DNA of 64,000 bases from Eledone cirrhosa. Lineage: Eukaryota. A program made the position numbers and the translations under genes. Numbering within the stretch: position 1 is the stretch's first letter; each line of letters begins with the position of its first letter. The stretch lies in contig OZ024758.1 of NCBI GenBank assembly GCA_964016885.1, positions 9,982,001-10,046,000 of the forward strand. Reading direction: 5' to 3'. The notes beneath the pieces were generated by a model. It searched no databases. It had not been told where the DNA came from and saw nothing but the letters and a program-made list of their open reading frames with translations. This document shows, piece after piece, positions 14,580 through 25,901 of the stretch.

Positions 14580-14612
14580 ATATATTTATATATATATATA
14601 TGTGTGTGTGTG

Positions 14613-14665
<53 letters not shown>

Positions 14666-14699
14666 ATTTATATATATATGTGTGTGTATATATATATAG

Positions 14700-14744
<45 letters not shown>

Positions 14745-14871
14745 AAAGTTCTATTTAAATTGTTGGGATACAACAACCAAATATTTTTATAACTGATATA
14801 AAGCACTCAACAAATAATTGGAATAAAAATACGATATTAACAAATGGAAACTATATTTATAAAACCATATT

Positions 14872-14936
14872 TATTTCATTATACATATTTCAAGGACACC
14901 AAGTTAAATTATGGTGTGCTTTCATCAGATAAAATA
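14872..14936 (-). ncRNA. Type I hammerhead ribozyme motif (family P3) inside a TA-flanked insert 14742-15078
   Basis: Minus strand: TATTTTAT-CTGATGA-AAGCACACCA taatttaact TGGTGTCCTT-GAAA-TATGTA-TA-ATGAAATA. Stems I and II pair and the core is intact. Confidence 0.75.
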
Positions 14937-15076
14937 TAATATAAAGCAGTTTTATAAATAAATATTGACATACCCTTAAAGAATGCAACCATTACTGTTG
15001 GAAGCTCCCAGATAGTTGAAATATGTATAATGAAATAAATATGGTTTTATAAATATAGTTTCCATTTGTTAATATC

Positions 15077-15237
<161 letters not shown>

Positions 15238-15736
15238 CCATATATATGAATAGATTGATGGATGGTTGTATTTCTGTATAATATATATTTATCTCACTAT
15301 CTACTTATTAATTTTTTTGTCCCCTTTTCTTGTGCGCCCTTGTGGCAAATAAAGAAATATATCTACTTAGTAATTTTTCTGTTTAACGCTCTGTGTATTT
15401 CTTTATTCAGTCATCTGTTTTACTCTCGTTTTACACAGGCACGCAAGAATACACACAGGTACACATTCATACAAACCCATAAATAAACCCCACAGACACA
15501 CCTACACACACATACCTACAAACGCACGCACGCTCACTGGAACACATACAGATACACACACACACACACACACAGAAACACACACAATTACACAGAAACG
15601 CATAGAAGCACACACACACTTACAAACACAAGCACACAGAAACACACATGCACACAAAAAAAACACACACAAACATACACGTGCACGCACACTTACAAAC
15701 AGACGATCACAGAAACACACTTGCGAACACAGAAAT

Positions 15737-15814
<78 letters not shown>

Positions 15815-16187
15815 AGAGAGAAACACGCACACGCACACTTACAAACACACACATCAGTTTGGATTAGAAAACCGTTAATCAATGTCACCTGTCTTAGTTT
15901 TCTGAAGGCTGACCTCTCAAGAGAGGCGCTAAGGTATAACCAAATGCTTTACGTAGCACAAGTAATAATGTGAACACTAAGTCTGACAATAGAATTTATT
16001 TGTCCACTGATGTTCTTAATTCATCGATTTTAGAATTAATGTTTACGGCTGTTGATCAAGTAACAACTTTGCTGGCAATCTGCAACCATGTATACGCATG
16101 CGCTTGGATGTGTATTTGCGTATATATGCGTATAGTCTCATTCCTTTTTCTTAATTCTTTGAAATATTTTTTTTATAAGCGGAGCTG

Positions 16188-16290
16188 GCTGTTCGCAGGT
16201 GCAATCCCCGCGAGGTGGAGTAACTGTTCTAGCGCATCTACTTTGCCATCCTCCGGGGCATTATCTTCTTCAACCTGTCGGTTGGGACCA
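16188..16290 (+). pseudogene. CRE-clade retrotransposon 3' fragment (diverged)
   Basis: Its reverse complement aligns by eye to 9735-9845. Confidence 0.65.
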
Positions 16291-16369
16291 AGAAGTAGAC
16301 GACATATTAGAGACCGTGATTTCTACCATTAACTTTTCGAATCCATTTTACACAGTTAATAAGAGTTGA

Positions 16370-16672
16370 CTGGCACTCGGTTACAACGACGAATGTCCCG
16401 GTTGATCTGATCAATGGAGCAGCCTGCTCGTGAAATTAACTTGGGAGTGGCTGAGCATTCCACAAGCACGCGTAACCTTAACGTAGTTCTCAGGGAGATT
16501 CAACGTGACAGAATGTTACACGAATTACAGTTACAATTCATTTTTGCTAGCTGAGTGGACTGGAGCAAACTGAAATAAAATTTCTTCCTCAAGGACACGG
16601 GGCGCCGCTCGGAATGGAACTCACAACCTCACGATTGTGAACCGAATACACCAGCCTCAAAGCCATGTACCC
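16370..16672 (-). mobile_element. tRNA-derived CORE-like SINE
   Basis: Minus strand shows a tRNA head, then GTGTCCTTGAGGAAGAAATTTTATTTCAGTTTGCTCCAGTCCACTCAGCT. Confidence 0.75.
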
Positions 16673-17188
16673 TGGTATCAAATTAATAAACAAATCTCTG
16701 CCATATGTTTAATTTTTAAAAGTCTTGCATATTTCCATTGTTCCACGTACTGATTAAACTTGTACGTAATGTGTCATTCTTTACACGAACCACCAAACAC
16801 AAACAGTTGCTACAATATTGCCCCATTAAGGAAAGATTTGATTTCATTGTAATGAATTTCAATTAAAGGTGAAACAGTTAACAGCAACGTATGTATAGAG
16901 AGATCAATTAGCATCAGGTCATTGTTACTGCTAAATGATGTGGTCAACGTATATTGAGAGCAATTAACATCGGATCAGTGTCGCTTCTATTACGAATATC
17001 AATTTGTATTTCACCATTTTGAAATAGAATCTTGCTCTTTCGAGTTACACTTCTATGTGCCTCTCGGTGGTCCGTATTGATAGCTGTTTCATTATATACT
17101 TGTGGACTTAGTATAGCTGAATAGTTAAGAAGTTTGCTTCGTAATCAGTGTCTTGTATATGATGAGGTCAAATCATTTGTACATAGGA

Positions 17189-17377
17189 AATAATTGTTTC
17201 TACTTTTGGCTCAAGGCCAGCAATTACCCAGTGCATCACTGGTACTTTATTTTATCGACTCCGTAAGGGTGAAAGGCAAAGTTAACCTTCTGCGAGATTT
17301 GAACTCAGAATGGCAAGGGCCGTAACTCTATGCGTCAAAGCATGGCGTCCGACCCTCTACCGATACTGCCAATCCAC
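17189..17377 (-). mobile_element. SINE family A
   Basis: Consensus match. Confidence 0.9.
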
Positions 17378-17564
17378 AATATTAGTTGATTGGTGCTGTA
17401 TCTACGCAAAGTAAATAATTTTCCATAGAAATGTTGAATCTCCGACGGTTACGTGTACGTTAGACCTCGGCTCTGATTGAAGAGTTCCAGATGTGACCAG
17501 CCCGCCATTTTTGCAAGCGTGTTGTACACAGGACCACATTATCCACATTGTCCTCCGTCACGTG

Positions 17565-17655
17565 GTCCCGGCCGACAGGATGGAGAAGACATTGCCCCAG
17601 GGGAAGGTGAGGGGGGCGCGCTGGAATGCCACTCCACGTCGCAGGGCTGGCACCT
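17565..17655 (-). pseudogene. CRE-clade retrotransposon 3' fragment (diverged)
   Basis: Aligns by eye to 9735-9825 and 40550-40640. Confidence 0.6.
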
Positions 17656-17738
17656 AGACAGTTATATATGAAATTTAATACATATTTATGTTAGTATTTT
17701 TCACATTTTTCATTATATTATAGTTCTAAACGCAAATA

Positions 17739-17953
17739 CGAAGGTAGGCTAAAAAGTTCATAGACTGACTATGAATGAGTGATGCTAGAGCTGTGAAATC
17801 GTGCATGCATTAATTTCAACTCTTCTTATTAATAGCTGAATTGTTTCTTTCCAGGGACTATGTTGAAAAATAAACCTCATTTGGTCATTCCATGAGAGTA
17901 TCTTGGTCAGTTTATGAAACTTTTAAGCCTATGGACTTTTCGACCAACCGTCG
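17739..17953 (+). mobile_element. Mariner-type MITE (family D)
   Basis: TA flanks. TIRs CGAAGGTAGGCTAAAAAGTTCATAG / CTATGGACTTTTCGACCAACCGTCG. Confidence 0.8.
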
Positions 17954-18400
17954 TATGTAGACCTATTGGACTACATATTTATTTGTATTATGGCGTTGAT
18001 TCTACATGTTCATACAATGAATATTCATTATGTTTAGGTACAGAATAAAATTTTAGTAGGATCTGATATTAATTAATTTAATATATTATTTGTGATAGCT
18101 ATTTTAATTAACACTCGAAGGAATAAAAGGTAAAGGCGAAAGTTAATATAATTGGCGCCGACATCAGTACATTTTCCGCTCCCCTAGGAGAAAGTATTGA
18201 TTGAATTAAAATTTCGTTAGACCACGAAAACAAATTTCTCCATTAACATTTCCTCACTTAATTCTGTGTAAATTTCTATGGAAACAGACAATGAATGCCC
18301 GGATACTGGGTTTGACATTGTTAGATCACGCCATTGGTCATAGGTTTTCTCAATCAGGATCTGAATTTAATAAAAAAAAAAAGTAGCATATATCACTATA

Positions 18401-18622
18401 AATAATGGTTTCAGATTTAGGTACAAGGCCAACAAATTTGGGGAGGAGAAAGTTGATTAAATCGATCCCAGTGCGTTATTAATACTTTATTTTATCGACC
18501 GCCATAAGGATGAAAGGCAAAGCTAACCTCGACAGGATTTGAAATTAGAATGTAAAGGGCCGTAACTCTGTACCACGAAGTATAGTGACAGGTGCTTTGC
18601 CTAAAATGCCAATCCACCACCA
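18401..18622 (-). mobile_element. SINE family A, older long-tail variant
   Basis: Consensus match with an extra ATTTAATCAACTT..CCCC segment. Confidence 0.8.
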
Positions 18623-19000
18623 TTATATATCACTATATATAATAGTCAAGGCGGAATAAGTGTACAAAGGCGCTGATCGACCTTTTGGAATTCTCTAACA
18701 TTTAAAAAATTTCAAACACTCCCAGCTCTCTGATAATTTATTCGGTACATTTATATCTTGTTAAGCTCTAACCCAAATGTTCTGCCAGGAAAGATTTTGA
18801 AAGCTTTAAGATAAAACTCTTTTCAGGCTGTTCATTTGGTTGACATGTAGGTTCTGATTTCAACAGGAAATGAGTTACGGCATGTACTTGTCGGGTGTGT
18901 GAATGAAATCAGTCCAAAGGGGAAAAGAAATACTGTCGCAGACACATCTCATCTACTGGTGCAGACACACCCACCCAACTAATATTAAGCGATATATTAA

Positions 19001-19322
19001 ATTTCTCCCGAATGAAACAGTTCTAGTCCTGTAGAGGCGTTTCTATATTAAATATTTATACTCTTCTTTGTATTGAGTAACTTACTTACTGTGGTTACCC
19101 CCGATTGAACCCGGGATAAACTTATATATATAACAAAGGAATTGTGGTAAGGAACCAGATGGACCATAACGCACCAGAGTACTCAATACTTAGGGTAGTA
19201 GAGTGGGAAAGATGAAGAAGTATGACCCCGACGGCAGAGCTCAAGCCGTTTCGACGGCTATTTCTGGCTATTTCAGAAATACCCGTCGAAACGGCTTGAG
19301 CTCTGCCGTCGGGGTCATACTT

Positions 19323-19362
<40 letters not shown>

Positions 19363-19487
19363 GAGTCCCAGTTCAATCGGGGTAACCACAGTAAGTAAGG
19401 TGCTCAATATATTAGTAGAGTATATACAAAATTTTATATAGAAATGGCTTCTACGGAACTAGAACTGTTTCATTCGAAGGAAATCAT

Positions 19488-19490
<3 letters not shown>
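19001..19490. mobile_element. Nested inverted structure: P2 HHR module (+), (TA)n, P1 fold-back, (TA)n, P2 module (-)
   Basis: 19001-19117 and 19366-19484 are diverged inverted copies containing GAATGAAACAGTTCTAGTCCTGTAGA. Inner palindrome at 19212-19328. Confidence 0.75.
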
Positions 19491-19564
<74 letters not shown>

Positions 19565-19565
<1 letters not shown>

Positions 19566-19755
19566 ACGGAAGAAATGTGGTAAGGAACCAGGTGGACCAT
19601 AACGCACCAAAGTACTCAATACTTAGGGTAGTAGAGTGGGTAATAGGAACGAGTAGGACCCCGACGGCTGAGCTCAAGCCGTTTCGACCGCTAATTCTGG
19701 GTCCAGAATTAGCCGTCGAAACGGCTTGAGCTCAGCCGTCGGGGTCCTACTCGTT

Positions 19756-19760
<5 letters not shown>
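19565..19760. mobile_element. P1 fold-back module in (TA)n
   Basis: Palindrome 19643-19760 with ~58-bp arms. Each arm carries GAAA-CGGC..GCCG-TC-GGGGTC. Confidence 0.8.
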
Positions 19761-19840
<80 letters not shown>

Positions 19841-20529
19841 GGGTGGTAAATAAAATCCAACTTTGTAAACAACCGTTTAATTGATAATAGTAACATTTCG
19901 TGTCTTTCGCCAAACATGGATATTGCCTCATTGTCCAACAATGTTTGAAGAAAGAAAATGGTGGTATGTTCACCTTTGATCATTAGGGTTGACCTCAGTT
20001 TAACAGGAACAACAACAAAAGAGATCTTGCCAGTTTTTGGAGTGCCTGCTCAGGTCATAACCGTCATCGCCCTTATTCTCTGACTAAGTTATACAAATTG
20101 TTTCATATATAATATTCTTTTATTCATAATATCCCCTATCTCTGAATAACTTCCTTTCTCTCCCTCTTTTTTTTTTCTTTAAATGTCACGTGAGTGTTCA
20201 TCTGTGGCACAATAGCTCTCCCTTTACCATATGGAACAAATAAATAAATATATCTATTTATAGCACCTGACCTGGGGTTACATGTACCGTCGTCATTGCA
20301 GTGTTAACGTGAGGCGGGGAGACTTCTTTGCTGTCGCTCAACCTGCTAGAAAATGCAACCAAATCTTCAAATTACACGTCAATATATTGGAGAAAGAGGG
20401 GACACATTAGACATTGTACTCCTATATGATATCAATAAACTGATTTGATGGCCTCCGACTCAAATGTCTCATATGTCCACTCTATCTAAACTGACCTGTT
20501 GCTAAATAACATCAGCGCCTGGACTAGCC

Positions 20530-20840
20530 TGTAGCTATTGGTACAGCGGTAGAGTGCATCAGTTCAGATCTGATTGCTGCATGTTCGAATCACGTTGGGT
20601 TCAACGAGGATGAGTCAAGGAGAGCTCATTGAGTCACCGAATTATGGTTGCTTGGTCCATTTGCTAAAAATAGTAACCTAATCTCTCTTAAACTATATCC
20701 TACGTTCTTAAAAAGTGGAACACACTGGAAAATATTGCTCGGAGATTACATTATGCGTAAACAAAAAGATGGGTTAGTCATGGCTGGAACACTTTGACTA
20801 AAAAAAAATCTACATAACAAACCGATTGAAGCTGCCCCTG
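20530..20840 (+). mobile_element. tRNA-derived SINE family C (other remnants near 2330, 2700, 20300, 34450, 35870, 41910, 51020, 55520)
   Basis: A box TGGTACAGCGG, B box GTTCGAATC, then the shared TGCTA[G/A]AAATAGCAGCCAAATCT...GTCATGGCTGGAA body. Other copies end in (AAC)n. Confidence 0.7.
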
Positions 20841-21044
20841 GTTCTATGATACAAAACTGTTTGGTTAAAGTGTTTATTTTTTTTTTTTTAAAGCCTTCCA
20901 TAATACTTTTATAGCCTTCCATAATAGCCATTCATAGTGCATCAGATTTAAATTCCAAGCAGTCAGGAGAACGGTTGTCTCTAACCGGAGATTGTATGAC
21001 GGGTGTCGGCGAAAACAACCACACGTATTGGATATTGGAACATA

Positions 21045-21184
21045 AGAACTATGTTGGGAGGGACCTGCGAGCGACAAACAGACAATGGCGGGACGCTGTG
21101 CAACTGGCTGCTGACCGAACGCGGTGGAACACTATGATTGCCTCATGCGTCGCAAGACGCGGGAGCTTCTGAGTTTGAGTCTGA
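21045..21184 (+). pseudogene. RTE-clade LINE 3' end
   Basis: RDLRATNRQWRDAVQLAADRTRWNTMIASCVARRGSF* fits the RTE C-terminal W...A.DR..W motif, followed by a short tandem tail CTGAGTTTGAGTCTGA. Confidence 0.7.
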
Positions 21185-21364
21185 TAATACTTTTATGTAA
21201 GAACGTTCCAAGCGCCAACCTATTAATGGTCTCTAGCATGGCAAATTTGAGGAAGAAAATGTTGATTAAATTAACCTCAGTAACTTTAACTACTCCAGAA
21301 GGATGAAAGGTAAAGTTGAACTCGGCGAGAATTAATTGGAAATTATAGGCAGTGTATTTTATTA

Positions 21365-21692
21365 TGTGAAGACGCACGGCTTGGTGGTGGGAGCGTTGGC
21401 CGTAGCTTTGGTTCTCGGACAGGGTGATAAGTTGTGTCCTTGAATAAGACACTTTATTTCACGTTGCTCCAGTTCACTCAGCTGAAAACAGATGAGTTGC
21501 GATGTCACTGGTGCCAAGCTGTATCGGCCATTGCCTTTCTCTTGGACAACATCGGTGGCGTGGAGAGAGGAGACTGGTATACACGGACGACTGATGGTCA
21601 TCCACAAACAACCTTGCCCGGTCTTGTTCCTCTGAGGAGAACTTCCTAGGAGAAAATCCCATGGCCATTCGTGATCGAAGGTGGTCTTTTAT
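21365..21692 (+). mobile_element. tRNA-derived CORE-like SINE
   Basis: Head, then TTGTGTCCTTGAATAAGACACTTTATTTCACGTTGCTCCAGTTCACTCAGCT, then a distinct tail. Confidence 0.75.
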
Positions 21693-21865
21693 TCAATTAT
21701 AAATTTAGTAACGAAAGGTTTAAAGCAGAGCTTTTGCCTATGCTTCCATTCGAAGAAATGAAAAATCTCGAAGTAATGACTGGGTGCTTCTACTAAACAC
21801 GAAAATACAACTAAATTCGTCAGACACCACAATGGCTTATACAGTCTTAATTATTTTACTTATTC

Positions 21866-21996
21866 ATAAGGATGAAAGGCAAAGTCAATCCCGCCGAGGT
21901 TGACTTTCCCTTTCATCCTTATGGGGTCGACAAAATAAAGTACCAGTAATGCCAGTGGGTAATTGCTGGCTTTGTGCCTAAAGTAGAAACAATTAT
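21866..21996 (+). mobile_element. 5'-truncated SINE A with inverted 5' segment
   Basis: CATAAGGATGAAAGGCAAAGTCAA followed by its reverse complement TTGACTTTCCCTTTCATCCTTATG, then the normal tail. Confidence 0.8.
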
Positions 21997-22498
21997 TTTA
22001 CTTATTCAGAAGTAACAACTTTAAATGAGACAGGATAATATAAGGGGTGTATTGTTTTAAATAAGAGTTTAGTGCTAAAAAGACAATGTGTAAGAGGAGT
22101 GGATAAAAATAGCAATTATTTAGGTAAATCAACACGTTTAAGATTACAGAGTAAAAATACAATGAAACAAAAGAGCGATGAGAAATACGTATAATATTAT
22201 CCCGTTGTCATCCGGATGACATATTAATGTGACTGACGATGACCAAGCCTAGGTGATGACCAAGAATTAGGAAGTGATGAGTACATTTGCTCCCCGGGCG
22301 GCAAGCTGTTCTTTGAAAGGAGTCGCGAAGTATTAGTGGTGTTTAGTGATCTGGTGACTTAGTAGCTTTAAGGCTGGTTCTATTCCAGAAATGTCGTCGT
22401 TGTCATTATCGTCTTGGCCCTATATGTATGCATCTTACGTGTGTATGTGTGTGTGTGTGTGTGGAGGGGGTATGTGTGTATATGTATGTGTGTATGTG

Positions 22499-22537
<39 letters not shown>

Positions 22538-22596
22538 AATAACTGAATCCAGAAAACAATTTAAGGTATATAGGGACGGGAAATGTATTAATTCAA

Positions 22597-22659
<63 letters not shown>

Positions 22660-22722
22660 ATATATATATATGTGTATATATATATATATGTATATATACA
22701 TATATGTCTATATACATATATG

Positions 22723-22753
<31 letters not shown>

Positions 22754-22754
22754 T

Positions 22755-23360
22755 GTCAGGTCACCAGTTGGTGCTACTGGTAACATGTATCCCAGTACAA
22801 CCTGTCCCATGGTCGGGTCGTTGGCGACTAAACTGGCAACCCCACCAAGGTTTCTTGGTGAGGAGGGTGACTTTGGACATCCTGCAGGACTAAAAACAAA
22901 ACCTGTCAAAGGGCAAAGGAGCTCTTAAGAGTCAATGGCCATCCAAAATCACCGGGAGAGATGACCCCTTAGCCTTTGTCAAGGCAGAATTCTAGGAGAA
23001 GGAAAACTCTGATATAACACCTGCAACCCTGATGGTATCCAATGATGTTGACTTGTTCTTCTTTTTGGTAAATATCATCTTGGTTAAGAGAGTGGGACTG
23101 GCTTTGTGCAGTGCCTTTGCTCACTATAAAAGCTTCACGGCACAGGCATTGCTTTATATCTGGAGATCTCTCTGCACTTGTCGTCACATGGTACCATGGG
23201 CCCAGCACTATGTGTCAGTAATTGTCACAAGTGTAGTGTTTGTACCAGAGTTTTCAAGTCGCTGGCTGGACTAAAAAGTCACACTCGTTCAGCGCATCGG
23301 TAGGGGTTCTCCTACATGGATATAAAGTAGTGGCCGTACTCGAAAACGAGTTGGCAGCCA

Positions 23361-23363
<3 letters not shown>
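22755..23363 (+). mobile_element. ~610-bp bipartite RTE-derived non-autonomous retroelement (family E), full length
   Basis: RTE-like 5'UTR motif TCTAGGAGAAGGAAAACTCTGAT. The 3' part encodes C2H2 finger [25 protein letters not shown] (23226-23303), followed by stem-loop ACTCG-AAAA-CGAGT and a microsatellite tail. Near-identical copies at 49947-50538 and 55905-57383. Confidence 0.8.
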
Positions 23364-23438
<75 letters not shown>

Positions 23439-23471
23439 GTATATATACATATATGTATATATACATATATG

Positions 23472-23522
<51 letters not shown>

Positions 23523-23555
23523 GTATATATACATATATGTATATATACATATATG

Positions 23556-23602
<47 letters not shown>

Positions 23603-23635
23603 GTATATATACATATATGTATATATACATATATG

Positions 23636-23733
<98 letters not shown>

Positions 23734-23745
23734 TGTATATATACA

Positions 23746-23798
<53 letters not shown>

Positions 23799-23960
23799 AA
23801 ATGTTCGCTTTAAATGGCTGAATACAATAAATGTAATCTGAGTTTTTCGTTTCGAATATTAATAATAACATTCGATTCATTTGCAATTACGCAAACAAGC
23901 CTCAATTTTATAGCCATGTCAGTAGAATGAACCCTTCATTCTTGCTCTTGTGTTAGCTAT

Positions 23961-24026
23961 GTGAACAGAATTGCAGACACTAATGTTTCTGGGTATCACC
24001 CTTCATCAGTACAGCTCACTGTTCAC
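23961..24026 (-). ncRNA. Type I hammerhead ribozyme motif with extended stem I (family P4)
   Basis: Minus strand: GTGAACAG-tgagc-TGTA-CTGATGA-aGGGT gat ACCCa-GAAA-CATTAGTG-TC-TGCA-att-CTGTTCAC. GUC cleavage triplet; 10.1-11.1 is an A.A mismatch. Confidence 0.75.
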
Positions 24027-24244
24027 CTGCCAAACTGTCAGAGCTATTGAAAATATATGCTATTTTCAAAAATACAGTGACTGATAGGCCTGATTTGCAT
24101 ATTATATATTTGTGTGTGTGTGTGTGTGAGTGTGATATGTGTACACATATATATATATATATATATATATAAACATATCAATATATATATATATATGTGA
24201 GTATGTATGTGTGTGTGTGTGTGTATTTCCTAACATTTACATAC

Positions 24245-24330
24245 GTTGAATCCATCCGTTTCACTGAGGAAGTTATTATCTCTGACGAGCCGTGTGAGAT
24301 AACTTCCTCGCTGAAAAGCGCGTATTCAAC
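24245..24330. mobile_element. Diverged fold-back carrying an HHR 3' half (GAAA-[C]GCGCG-TA-TTCAA)
   Basis: GTTGAAT..GTTTCA CTGAGGAAGTTAT..TCTC / GAGATAACTTCCTC GCTGAAAAGCGCGTATTCAAC. Confidence 0.55.
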
Positions 24331-24428
24331 ATACAAACTCTTTTACTTGTTCCAGCCATCCGGCTGAGGTCATGCTGGGGCACCGCCATTGTTGCTACAA
24401 ATTAACCAAGTTATGTATATTACAACGT

Positions 24429-24489
<61 letters not shown>

Positions 24490-24494
<5 letters not shown>

Positions 24495-24781
24495 AAAAAG
24501 AGATGAAATCGAAAATGCAACCGAAGTCTTATTTTTTTTTTAAATATATATACTTATTTGGTTCCTTTACCGTTTCGCAGTTCTTCTGCTTTTCAAAAGG
24601 TGAGTTGAGATGGAGGGTCTGTGGTTTTTCTCACATCTGAAAAACCACAGACCCTCCATCTCAACCCACCTTTTGAAAAGCAGAAGAACTGCGAATCCGG
24701 TAAAGGAACCAAAGAAATATATATATTTTAAAAAAAAATAAGACTTCGGTTGCATTTTCGATTTCATCTCTTTTTCTTTAT
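24490..24781. mobile_element. ~140-bp-arm palindrome with a minimal U3-A8 variant hammerhead in each arm (family P5)
   Basis: Arms 24490-24630 and 24639-24781, 8-nt loop. Motif consensus CCTT-TTGAAAA-GCAG aagaa CTGC-GAAA-CCGG-TA-AAGG at 24564-24600 (-) and 24669-24706 (+). Each copy has one lesion. Confidence 0.75.
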
Positions 24782-24837
24782 ACTTCCACTCGTGTAGGAC
24801 ACCTCGGTTATTTTTCATTTTGTAAAACAAACCTCAC

Positions 24838-24880
<43 letters not shown>

Positions 24881-25011
24881 AAAGTTCTATTTAAAGTTGT
24901 TGGGATACAACAAGTAAATTATAAGCAAATCACTATCCAGACAGCCTCCAAAAGTAATGGTTGTATTTTAAAAGGGTACGTCAAAGCTATTTGTAAAACT
25001 GTTATATATTG

Positions 25012-25076
25012 TATTTTGTCTGATGAAGGCATACCATAATTTTATGTGGTATCCCTGAAATATGTATAATGAAATA
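25012..25076 (+). ncRNA. Type I hammerhead ribozyme motif (family P3) in TA-flanked insert ~24878-25116
   Basis: TATTTTGT-CTGATGA-AGGcATACCA taattttatg TGGTATcCCT-GAAA-TATGTA-TA-ATGAAATA. Stem II covaries relative to 14872-14936. Confidence 0.78.
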
Positions 25077-25115
25077 AATATGGTTTTATAAATATAGTTT
25101 CCATTTATTAATATC

Positions 25116-25227
<112 letters not shown>

Positions 25228-25267
25228 AAATAAAAAGTCAAATGTTTAAAATTTATCTTCGTTTATT

Positions 25268-25322
25268 ACTGCTATATATATTTCAGTGACAGCCATCTTT
25301 GGCTGTGACCTCTTCAGGCAGT
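25268..25322 (-). ncRNA. Type I hammerhead ribozyme motif (family P6)
   Basis: Minus strand: ACTGC-CTGAAGA-GGTcACAGCCA aaga TGGCTGTcACT-GAAA-TATATA-TA-GCAGT, followed by AATAAA. Stem I is perfect and stem III is palindromic. Confidence 0.82.
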
Positions 25323-25850
25323 TTGAATTAGTATGGTATAGACAAGTACATATGTTGTTGAGGTGTATAATATTGTCAATACTCTGATATGTTGGTATAC
25401 AACCAACATATACTCAAAATCTCTCTCTCTATATATATATATATACTACTACCAGTACATTTTATCAAAGTCTATGAGGCACTTCAGAAAAGGACATTGT
25501 CCTTTTTCCTCTGGCGTAATACATAAAATATATATTATATTATATATTAATATATATCTGACTGATTGTTGTTTGAATACGCAATAGGGGGGGGGGGGGG
25601 GATAGTATGGTACCTCACACTTTTCCTGGCTCTAATGTGTATTGTAAAGCCTCTGGTGAGTAGCGAAACCCCAGCCTGCTGTACAACTTACCAAGAACTT
25701 TGAATGAGCCACGAATTGAATGATTTGCTGTATTTGCCTTCTGACTCTCTGTATTCCTTGTGTTCAAATCTTACAGAGGTCAATTTTCCGGTGGTTAAAA
25801 AGTATCAGCCCAGCCCTGAGGTGGATTCTTCTCTACAACTCATTCTCACT

Positions 25851-25901
<51 letters not shown>

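Noticed and set aside
22969-23274. Recurrent 79-89 aa ORFs (MLGPWYHV..., MVSNDVDL...) seen four times
   Set aside because: They recur only because family E copies are nearly identical. One copy is frameshifted, and only the zinc-finger remnant is protein-like.
25648-25680. CTGGTGA-GTAGC-GAAAC minimal HHR-like string
   Set aside because: Core mismatch at A6 and no pairing for stems I or III.
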